Assembly (NCBI GenBank): GCA_031421975.1
Contig: JANOPT010000035.1
Coordinates: 1 to 39,671 of the forward strand
DNA: 39,671 bases
Direction: 5' to 3'
Origin: Sphingomonadales bacterium
Lineage (GTDB): Bacteria > Pseudomonadota > Alphaproteobacteria > Sphingomonadales > Sphingomonadaceae
Position 1 is the first letter of the stretch, and each line of letters opens with the position of its first letter. Shown here in pieces: positions 18,404 through 26,379 of the stretch. Position numbers and translations under genes: made by a program. A model generated the notes under the pieces. The model was not told where the DNA came from, made no database searches, and saw only the letters and a program-made list of their open reading frames with translations.

Positions 18404-19561
18404 ATGACTCAGGGTTTTTGCAAACGACCGATACGCGCCACAATCATGGCCATCCTGGTGACGCTGGGTCTTTCCATCTATCCTGCCCAGGCACAAACGG
18501 CGGGAACGTTGATTTCGTCCAGCCGCATTGCCGACACGCCGCGCGGGATGCAGGCCTGGCGCATCCGTTATTTTTCGGCAAATGAGACAGGCCGCCGCGA
18601 AGAAATGACGGGCGTTGTCATCGCGCCTGCCGGACCGCCATCGCGCATGGGCAGACCGGTCTTGGCCTGGGCCCACGGAACCTGGGGCATATCCGACAAA
18701 TGCACCGTTTCAATGTCGAACAATTTTTTCAGCGCCACCCCGGCCTTGCCCGAAATGATCGCCCGCGGTTATGTCGTCGTCGCCCCTGATTATGCTGGAT
18801 TGGGAACGCAGCAGGTGCATCCTTATCTGGTCGGCCGCAGCGCGGCGCATTCGGTGCTCGATGCGGTGCGGGCGTCTCGATCCATCGCCGAAGCGGGCGC
18901 GACATCGCAGTTCGCGGTATGGGGCGAATCGCAGGGCGGGCATGCATCGCTATGGACGGGGCAACTGGCCCGAAGCTATGCGCCCGACCTGAATCTGGTG
19001 GGGGTTGCCGCCGCCGCGCCGCCGACCGACCTGATCGAAAACCTGACCGGCGGGACCGATCCTTCGATCCGGGCATTCCTCACGGCATTCACCGCCCATA
19101 GCTGGTCCAAGCATTTCGGGATTTCGCTTCGCACCCTGGGATCGAAATCCACCGGCGACCTTATCGACCGTCTGGGGCGCAACAACTGCGTCACGCTGGG
19201 GGCCAAGCCCCGAATCGGCACGATGGTCGGGGTTGCCCTGCTGCGCGCGCGGCTGAAAAATGTCGATTTGGGACGCATTGCGCCGTGGAAAAATATCGCG
19301 CGTGACAACAGTCCGGCGGCCCGCGATTACGGCACGCCATTCTTGATTGCCCAAAATGACGGCGACACGATTGTCGCCCCGGCCACCACCAAAGAGTTCG
19401 TTCGCAAACTCTGTCGCGACGGCGCACGGCTCAAATATATTTCGATCCAAAGCAGCGGCGGCCACCCAACCAGCGGAGCCGATTCTGCAACCGAAACGCT
19501 CGATTGGATCGATCGGCGTTTTCAGGGAGAGCCTGCGCCGAATACGTGTTCCAGTTCGTAA
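18404..19561 (+). CDS. Secretory lipase (LIP family alpha/beta hydrolase)
   Basis: AAGGA RBS and ATG at 18404, signal peptide AQA|Q, WAHGTWG, VVAPDYAGLG, HPYL, nucleophile elbow WGESQGG, Asp in DTIV, His in GGH. Confidence 0.88.
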   Translation: MTQGFCKRPIRATIMAILVTLGLSIYPAQAQTAGTLISSSRIADTPRGMQAWRIRYFSANETGRREEMTGVVIAPAGPPSRMGRPVLAWAHGTWGISDKCTVSMSNNFFSATPALPEMIARGYVVVAPDYAGLGTQQVHPYLVGRSAAHSVLDAVRASRSIAEAGATSQFAVWGESQGGHASLWTGQLARSYAPDLNLVGVAAAAPPTDLIENLTGGTDPSIRAFLTAFTAHSWSKHFGISLRTLGSKSTGDLIDRLGRNNCVTLGAKPRIGTMVGVALLRARLKNVDLGRIAPWKNIARDNSPAARDYGTPFLIAQNDGDTIVAPATTKEFVRKLCRDGARLKYISIQSSGGHPTSGADSATETLDWIDRRFQGEPAPNTCSSS

Positions 19562-19666
19562 GGCATTTGGTTGCCCGGCATGTGCAACAGCAGGGCCGAA
19601 CTGGATTTGGACGTGTGGCCAGACTAATAATTCTGGGCAGCGCCGACGTCGCAGCGCAACAGTCGG

Positions 19667-19985
19667 CTAGAAATCGAACCGTACATTCGCGACCATGCGG
19701 GCGCGGCCCTCGCGCAGCTGGCTGCGGTGGCTATCGACATAACCGACCCCGGCGGCGAAACCTTTGCCAAGGTAATACTCAGCGCCCACCCGCCAATCGA
19801 GCGTGCTGTCGCCAAAGGCACCATCTTCATAGCTGAAAGAACCGCTCAGTGTCAGGGGTGTTTCCATAAACGGTACCTCCCCCGAAACGCCCAGATACAC
19901 ATTATCGATACTGCCGATATTGGATTGCGCCGGGGCGTAGCTGATTTCCGCGCCAAGCGAACCTTGCCCGACAGTCTGGCTTAGC
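19667..19985 (-). pseudogene. C-terminal fragment of a TorF-family putative porin
   Basis: SYAPAQSNIG..DNVY...PLTLSGSFSYEDGAFGD..LDW..G...GYVDS...VRFDF with a terminal Phe. No signal peptide or N-terminal half. Confidence 0.7.
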
Positions 19986-20445
19986 AACGAACCGTTGCGC
20001 CCTGTCCGGAGCCCGCGCTTTCGAGCAGCAATTCGCCGCCGAGTGCGCGCATCGTATTGCTGGACCAGTGCAGACCCATGCTGCTCGACCTATCCTTGCG
20101 CGTGCTAAAGCCACGTTCGAACGCCTGCGAAAGCACCACTTGATCGGCACCTCCGCCATTGTCCGAAATGGCAATTTCTACCGCGCCGTTAGCGGCACCG
20201 GTGGTGGTATCGACCGTCAGCACCCAGTCTTGTCTGTCGCCTGCTTTCATCGCTTCTGCGGCGTTTATCGGGACGTTGGTTATAACCTGAGTAAGGTGGA
20301 TATGATTGGCTTGCACCGCCGGAATCGTTTCCCGCACTATCGATGAAATCGGGGTGCCGGTCGCGCCTTCCAGATCGACGACATTTGAGTGGTGCCACCG
20401 CCAAGGAATGGCAGCACCGAATGAATGGGCATCGGTAGCAGCGCA
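19981..20445 (-). pseudogene. Histidine-kinase HATPase_c fragment with no HisKA or sensor domain
   Basis: N box QVITNVPINAAEA, G1 DNGGG, F box AFERGFST, G2 SMGLHW, GGEL..ES.G.GQGAT. The frame is closed upstream by TAA near 20446 and contains no H-box. Confidence 0.75.
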
Positions 20446-20570
20446 TTACCTGACGGCACAACTTTCCGTTCATTTGCGATCAGCTGCTTTTCGAATAGTC
20501 AATGCGCGTTGGCAACAATCCTCCTGTTGGCAAAAAATAACTCCATGCTTTTAGTGACGCGGTAACGAGA

Positions 20571-22910
20571 TCAAAATTTGATCGCTGCCTCCAGTCCGAA
20601 TTCGCGGGTTGGCACTACGACGCCGAAATAGAATAGTCCGGCGTCGATTGAGGCCGCCAGAGAGCCGCCCTCTTTATGAAACAAGTCACGCACATAACCG
20701 CTGATCCGCAGATTTTTGACCCTGTTACCCGAATGGATGAAGGCAACGGAGGCGCCAACCGTGGCGCGGGCCGGGATGATATCGCGTTTGGCACCGGTTG
20801 TGTCGGCGACTGCCGCCGCGAAAACGTCATCTGTATAGACATAGTCGATCGTCAGGCCAAGGCTGTTGCCGCCGCCAATCTCGCGCAAATAATCGAGCCC
20901 GGCATTAAACGAATATTTCGGCGCTGCCCGGAAGTTCCGGAGGCCTGAAACATCTACCAACGGACTGCCGGGCAAGGACAGATTTGGTATCAGGAAACGG
21001 CGATATTCCGCGTCGAGATGGGAGCCTGCGGCACGCAGCGTGAGTTCAGGCGTGGGCCGCGCCAGCAACTCCAATTCGATGCCGCGAATGCGCGCTGAGG
21101 CGACATTTTCGACAACGGTTTCGGTTCCGAAGCCACTGGGAGCAGGCCGCAGAATATCCTCTTGCTTGTTGCCGTAATTGGCCTGGAAGATCGTGGGGTT
21201 GAAACGAACCAGCCCATTGGCAAAATCTGCCTTTAGCCCCAATTCATAGCTGTCGACCTTCTCAGGTTGATAAGGCCCAATCGACGTCGGGCTCGCGCCG
21301 CGACCGTTGAAACCGCCCGAACGAATTCCGCGCGACCAGCTTGCATAAAGCATAGTGTGATCGTTCGGTTTCCAGTCGAGAATGATCCGTCCGCTCGGGT
21401 CCTTAAACGTCGCCTTACGGCTGGCCGTGAAGGCCGCGGGTGCCGGCACAGATAACGCGGTCGTGAATTTCTTGGTCTCGGTTGTGTAGCGCCCACCCAA
21501 TGTAAGTCGAACATTGCTACCAAGCTTGATGATCGATTCGGCGAACACTGCAAAGGAATCGAGTTTTTGCGATGAGTCGATCCGTTGCGCCGGGCCGCCA
21601 AGGAAATACGCTGTTGCAGCCGCGCTGCCGTTGTAGGCAAGCGGACGAATTTTGTAATCGGTATGAAGATAATAGAGGCCGGCGACGAGATCTACGCTGT
21701 CGGAAAGGTCGCCCTGAATCCGGACTTCTTGGCTGAGCTGCTCATAATCCTGATCGCGCGCGGTAACAAATAACGGGATAGCAATCCCCGGCGCAACGGG
21801 AATGAGCGGCGTGCCCGTGCCCTCCTGAAGCAGGCTATCGCTGGTGTCCCTGTAACCAGTAACGGCTGTAAGGTTGAAATCGCCTATCTTTGATTTAATT
21901 TCCAGCGACGCGGCCCAGCCGTCAATAAAGCTTTCAAACGGGATGGTCGTGTTTGCGAACTTGAAACGCTCTGCTCGCTGGCGCAAAAATCCCTGGGTGT
22001 CGCAGCCGAGATCGCCAAGGCCGATCTGTAGCGTCAGGTCGCAAATCGTTCCGCCGATGCCGAACGGTAGTCCGTTGGCTTTGGTCAGGTTGATATTTGA
22101 CGGGTACGTGCTGCGGTCTTTTTGGTAATCTATCGAAGCCAAGATCGACGTATCGGGACTGACCTCGGCAAGCACCGCAAGGCCCAGCGTAAAATAGTCA
22201 CGCCCGTCTTCGCGCTTACCGGTTACCCGGTTGCGGGTGAAGGAATCGGATGTGCGGCGAAGACCGGAAACTTTGATCGAAATCGCGTCGCCTATCTTCG
22301 GGAGGTTGACAACCGCATCAAGGTCAAGCGCATTGAAACTGCCGTAGCGGGCGTGAAACCGCGCGCCCATTTCACCCGTTGGTCTGGTGCGGCGGAAGTT
22401 GATGATGCCGCCAACCGTATTCCGCCCAAACAGCGTCCCTTGCGGGCCACGCAGCACTTCGACAGATTCAACGTCATTCAGATCGACATTGGCACCTGTG
22501 CTGGTTCCCAGAAACACACCATCGATTGCCAGACCGACCGCCGGATCGAAGGTTTTTTCAAGATCGCCAAAGCTGATCCCGCGAATGCCAGCGGACAGGC
22601 TATTCCCGGCGAACGCCACGCGGCCAAGCTGAATATTGGGAACAAACTTCTGGATGCCCGCTATGTCGGTCACCACCGAGTTTTCTATCATCTCCGCATT
22701 GACGGCGCTGATCGCAAGCGGCGTATCTTGCAGGCTTTCCTGCCGCAGGCGGGCATTGACGATTATTTCCTGAATCGATCCGTCATCGCCCGACGTCGCT
22801 TCTGTATCTGGCGAATTTTGAGCATATGCCATACTAAAACAAGGCATTATTGCCCCGCAAAAAAGAAGCGATTTTGCCGCACCGGCAACCATTCTACGAT
22901 TTTTCGTCAT
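20571..22910 (-). CDS. TonB-dependent receptor
   Basis: GGGAGG RBS and ATG at 22910, signal peptide, TonB box EIIVNAR, plug motif VEVLRGPQGTLFGRNTVGG, C-terminal ...AAIKF. Confidence 0.95.
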   Translation of the reverse strand: MTKNRRMVAGAAKSLLFCGAIMPCFSMAYAQNSPDTEATSGDDGSIQEIIVNARLRQESLQDTPLAISAVNAEMIENSVVTDIAGIQKFVPNIQLGRVAFAGNSLSAGIRGISFGDLEKTFDPAVGLAIDGVFLGTSTGANVDLNDVESVEVLRGPQGTLFGRNTVGGIINFRRTRPTGEMGARFHARYGSFNALDLDAVVNLPKIGDAISIKVSGLRRTSDSFTRNRVTGKREDGRDYFTLGLAVLAEVSPDTSILASIDYQKDRSTYPSNINLTKANGLPFGIGGTICDLTLQIGLGDLGCDTQGFLRQRAERFKFANTTIPFESFIDGWAASLEIKSKIGDFNLTAVTGYRDTSDSLLQEGTGTPLIPVAPGIAIPLFVTARDQDYEQLSQEVRIQGDLSDSVDLVAGLYYLHTDYKIRPLAYNGSAAATAYFLGGPAQRIDSSQKLDSFAVFAESIIKLGSNVRLTLGGRYTTETKKFTTALSVPAPAAFTASRKATFKDPSGRIILDWKPNDHTMLYASWSRGIRSGGFNGRGASPTSIGPYQPEKVDSYELGLKADFANGLVRFNPTIFQANYGNKQEDILRPAPSGFGTETVVENVASARIRGIELELLARPTPELTLRAAGSHLDAEYRRFLIPNLSLPGSPLVDVSGLRNFRAAPKYSFNAGLDYLREIGGGNSLGLTIDYVYTDDVFAAAVADTTGAKRDIIPARATVGASVAFIHSGNRVKNLRISGYVRDLFHKEGGSLAASIDAGLFYFGVVVPTREFGLEAAIKF

Positions 22911-22948
22911 TTTTGCGCCCCTCCCAAGGCTATATAACAGTTTGTTAT

Positions 22949-24394
22949 TTATATATTTTCTTTCACCCAATTGCCGTGGAATCCTGGCGGAATGCGCTGC
23001 GGAATATGGATCACCGCCTGCGGTGCGCCTTCAAAATCCCGGGCATCGAGAATAACCAACTCGCTCGTCTGGTCGGCGGGGTTGATGACATAGCCCATCA
23101 GCCAGCCATGATCCTCGGCGGTCGTGTTGGCTGCTGGCACAAAAACGAATTCGCTGGCGACGCGGCCCCTGCCAAAGTCGTGAGTCTGACGGGTGCCGGA
23201 AAGCAGATCATGCTTGAACAGCCTAGCCTCTTCGGGGGCGGATTGATCGCCATCCTTTGGCAGGCCCAACGCATAGGCGTATTGGTAATGCTGACCGATC
23301 CGTGATTCGTTCACGCGGGGGAACTCTTGCGGATCGGAGTCGATCACCGTGCGCTGCACGCGTTTGGCAACCGGATCGATCTGCCACCGTTCGAACGGAA
23401 TTTCTTCGGAATCGACACCTGCAGTGACCGTCGCAAAGACCTTGGCGTGGGCGCAGACATCGAGCGTGACTGTGCCGTCGGGATTGTCATAGGCGTTGCA
23501 GGGGTGGAACACATAGCAAGGTTCGATGTCGCACCAGATCGTGTCCGAACCTTTGCCTTCTCTGGGCAAGAGCCCGACCCGCGACTTGTGCTTCGGGTTC
23601 CAGTTGTAAGGAAAGCCTTCGCCGGAAAGATAGCGCTTAATCGAGAAGGTTACCGGCATATCGAGGATGATCACATATTTGCCGGTTATCATGCAGTCGT
23701 GGATCGAGGGGCCGTCCTGAACGGCAATCGGCTCTTCGCGGCGAACCTTGCCGTTGGCATCGACCACGACGTGGCGAATTTCTGTCAGATTTTCTGCGGC
23801 ATAGCAGATAGCATGCAACTCGCCCGTCTGGTGATCGAGATGGGGGTGTGCAGAAAAGCTCCCGCCCTTCAGCGTTTCGGCAAACGGATCATAGGCAATC
23901 GTATTGAGCTCGCCATCGATCCGTACCGGGCAGCCGCCTGCTTCGACCAATGCCCAGACTTCGCCGGCATGACCCATGACGTTGGTGTTCACGATGTCGA
24001 ACGGAGGACTGTGCGGACCTGGCGCCGGGTGTTCGCCCAACGCGTCGCTGACCGCGTGCGACCGGATCCAGCGATTTCGGTACCAAAGCGCCTTGCCCTG
24101 CTTGAGCCGCACGCCATGAACCATCCCGTCGCCCATGAACCAATGGTACAACCCCGGATTGGGCGGCGTGACCGGATTGGGGCCAATGCGGATATAGCGA
24201 CCGTCCAATTCGTCCGGGATGGTGCCAGTCACGGTGAGGTCCGTGAGCGTTTCTTCCGCCGATAAGGGCTCGTGGATGCCCATTAGGAAAGGATTGGGCT
24301 CGTCGGACTCCTTCCGGCGGCGGTTGAAATCGGCAACTTTTGCGGCGCCCTTCGAAAACGCGTCTTTGATTAGCGTTCCAACAGCACCGGCCAT
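22949..24394 (-). CDS. Carotenoid/stilbene cleavage dioxygenase (RPE65/CCD family)
   Basis: RIGPNP, HWFMGDGMVHG, YRNRWI, four iron His (SAHP, IHDC, VFHP, GFHGNW), EFPRVN, SEFVFVP. ATG at 24394. Confidence 0.95.
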   Translation of the reverse strand: MAGAVGTLIKDAFSKGAAKVADFNRRRKESDEPNPFLMGIHEPLSAEETLTDLTVTGTIPDELDGRYIRIGPNPVTPPNPGLYHWFMGDGMVHGVRLKQGKALWYRNRWIRSHAVSDALGEHPAPGPHSPPFDIVNTNVMGHAGEVWALVEAGGCPVRIDGELNTIAYDPFAETLKGGSFSAHPHLDHQTGELHAICYAAENLTEIRHVVVDANGKVRREEPIAVQDGPSIHDCMITGKYVIILDMPVTFSIKRYLSGEGFPYNWNPKHKSRVGLLPREGKGSDTIWCDIEPCYVFHPCNAYDNPDGTVTLDVCAHAKVFATVTAGVDSEEIPFERWQIDPVAKRVQRTVIDSDPQEFPRVNESRIGQHYQYAYALGLPKDGDQSAPEEARLFKHDLLSGTRQTHDFGRGRVASEFVFVPAANTTAEDHGWLMGYVINPADQTSELVILDARDFEGAPQAVIHIPQRIPPGFHGNWVKENI

Positions 24395-24410
24395 CACAAA
24401 TTTCCCTTGC

Positions 24411-24474
24411 TTGCGTTCAAAATCTATAATGTTTACACTGTAAATATGCTGAGCAATGATAACACTGTCAACAT
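24411..24474. promoter_or_regulatory. Overlapping divergent promoters with two tandem 19-bp palindromic TetR operators
   Basis: ATGTTTACACTGTAAATAT (24429-24447) and ATGATAACACTGTCAACAT (24456-24474). Minus strand TTGACA(24471-24466)-N17-CATATT; plus strand TTGCGT(24411)-N17-TACACT(24434-24439). Confidence 0.75.
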
Positions 24475-25051
24475 TAATAGGCGTGGTGATTATCACCACG
24501 GCGATTTGCGATCAGCCCTCATCGAAACCAGCCTGTCCTTGCTCGCCACCAAGTGCGGCGATGACATCGGTCTGCGCGAGGTCGCGCGCTTGGTTGGCGT
24601 AAGTGCGACTGCCGTTTACCGGCATTTCCCCGACAAGCAGGCATTGATTGCTGCACTATGTGAGTGTGGAGAGGCCGAGCTTGCCGCCGCGCAACGCGCC
24701 GCCGCAGAAGCCGCAGGTGGCGGCGTTGCAGGATTCGGTGCTTCGGGAGAAGCCTATGTCCGTTTTGCGCTCGCCAATCCGGGCCTGTTCCGGCTCATGA
24801 TGTCAATCAGGCCAGCGACTGGCTGGCTGACGGATGTTCTGGACGATAAAGGTGCAGCAATGCGCGGCTTGCGCGACGATGTGGCCGCAGTTCTTCCCGG
24901 TTCGGCCGAAGCGCACCAGCGCATGGCCGCGATCCATGCATGGTCGATGGTTCATGGTATGGCAATGCTGATGCTCGACGGCATGATCCCGGCCGACGAG
25001 ACATTGATCAAGTCGATCAGCACCCCGCAATTTGGAGGGTCACCGGCTTAG
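24446..25051 (+). CDS. TetR/AcrR family regulator with a WHG-type C-terminal domain
   Basis: YHHGDLR, LREVARLVGVSATAVYRHFPDK HTH, AYVRFA..NPGLFRLM, WSMVHG. Confidence 0.93.
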   Translation: MLSNDNTVNINRRGDYHHGDLRSALIETSLSLLATKCGDDIGLREVARLVGVSATAVYRHFPDKQALIAALCECGEAELAAAQRAAAEAAGGGVAGFGASGEAYVRFALANPGLFRLMMSIRPATGWLTDVLDDKGAAMRGLRDDVAAVLPGSAEAHQRMAAIHAWSMVHGMAMLMLDGMIPADETLIKSISTPQFGGSPA

Positions 25052-25146
25052 CTGTTTTTGATAGTTCCCTTTTGCGGCAGCTTATTCGACCGTGTAGTGC
25101 TCGTCGCCATTTACGCGGCAACTGGCAGATGGGCAGGAAACATTCC

Positions 25147-26166
25147 ATGGAAAACAAACGGTTTCTCTTAGTTCGCAGGCCGCAAGGCAAGCCGGTAGCA
25201 GACGACTTCAAGTTGGAAAGCGCACAAACGCCCGAGCTTGCCGATGGCCAGTTCCTGATCCGGAATCATTATGCCTCACTCGACCCGGCGATGCGCGGAT
25301 GGATGGATGATACCCCGTCCTATATGCCTCCGATCGCGCTCGGCGATCCTGTTCGCGCGTCAACCGTCGGCGTGGTTGCGGAATCCAGAACAGCGGATTT
25401 TCCGGTCGGCCAATGGGTGTCCGGGCTCAACGCGATCGAGGAATATTCGGTGTCGATGGCAGGCGGGTTCTCGGCAGTAGTCGATGTCGGCATCGTTCCG
25501 TCACCGACAAACTTTCTGTCCGTGCTAGGCGCTGTCGGGATGACTGCTTACTTCGGTTATCTCGAGGTGTGCAAGCCCAACGCGGGCGATGTCGTTCTGG
25601 TGACCGGTGCTGCCGGTGCGGTCGGCTCGCTGGTCGGACAGATCGCCAGAATCAACGGCGCATCGAAAGTCATCGGCATCGCCGGCGGGCCCGAAAAATG
25701 TGCGCGGTTGGTTGACCGTTACGGCTTCGATGTGGCGATAGATTATCGCGGCAAGTCGGTCGATCAGTTGTCCGCAGAAATCGCCGCTCATGCGCCAAAC
25801 GGCGTCAACGCCATCTTTGAAAATGTCGGCGGTGATATTCTCGATGCAGGCCTCAACAATCTGGCAATGGGCGCGCGGATCGGACTGTGCGGGTTAATCA
25901 GCGAATATAACAACCCGGGCGAGAAAACGGGCGCTCGCAATGTCTGGCAGCTTATCGTCAAGCGCGCGTCGATCACCGGGTTGCTGGTCGCCGATTATGT
26001 CCCGCGTTTTGGCGAGGGGGCAATGGCAATGGCGGGTTGGCTGCAGTCGGGCCAGCTGGTCTTCGACGAGCATGTCGACCACGGTATCGAAAACGCGCTG
26101 CCCGCTTTTATGCGCCTATTCAGCGGTAGCAATGACGGCAAAATGATCCTCGGGCTGGGCGAATAA
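25147..26166 (+). CDS. NADP-dependent alkene reductase (MDR; CurA/YncB/prostaglandin reductase-like), copy 1
   Basis: AGGA RBS, MENKRFLLVRRPQGKP..DF, SLDPAMRGWM, GMTAYFG, VTGAAGAVGS, GIAGGPEKC, FENVGG, CGLISEYN, GK. Confidence 0.93.
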   Translation: MENKRFLLVRRPQGKPVADDFKLESAQTPELADGQFLIRNHYASLDPAMRGWMDDTPSYMPPIALGDPVRASTVGVVAESRTADFPVGQWVSGLNAIEEYSVSMAGGFSAVVDVGIVPSPTNFLSVLGAVGMTAYFGYLEVCKPNAGDVVLVTGAAGAVGSLVGQIARINGASKVIGIAGGPEKCARLVDRYGFDVAIDYRGKSVDQLSAEIAAHAPNGVNAIFENVGGDILDAGLNNLAMGARIGLCGLISEYNNPGEKTGARNVWQLIVKRASITGLLVADYVPRFGEGAMAMAGWLQSGQLVFDEHVDHGIENALPAFMRLFSGSNDGKMILGLGE

Positions 26167-26261
26167 AAGACAAAGCATGAGGCAGGTTCGCACGATAATT
26201 ACGGGCTGTTTCAGCGCGCCTGTAGCACAGCAAAAGCAATCGATTCACTGATTCCCATTTT

Positions 26262-26294
26262 AGCTAGTTGAGTGCGACGTAACGTCAACTAGCT
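26262..26294. promoter_or_regulatory. 10-bp perfect inverted repeat upstream of the second TonB-dependent receptor
   Basis: AGCTAGTTGA-N13-TCAACTAGCT, about 85 bp before ATG 26380. Confidence 0.5.
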
Positions 26295-26379
26295 TTGAGG
26301 CCCGACATATATGATGGTTCACATCAATGCGGGCAATGCGTTCCAGCGCGCAAGCGCGGCTGCAATTTGGGAGGGATTT

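Noticed and set aside
15650-20570. Mobile element or genomic-island boundaries around the scarred block
   Set aside because: I found no transposase, integrase, tRNA, terminal inverted repeats or target-site duplication.
22122-24265. Plus-strand ORFs 22122..22937 (271 aa) and 23327..24265 (312 aa)
   Set aside because: They are antisense to the TonB receptor and the dioxygenase, a typical artefact of codon bias.
24425-24430. Perfect TATAAT as the tetR -10
   Set aside because: No -35 lies at a 16-18 bp spacing. The TTGCGT/TACACT pair fits better, though this hexamer is not fully excluded.
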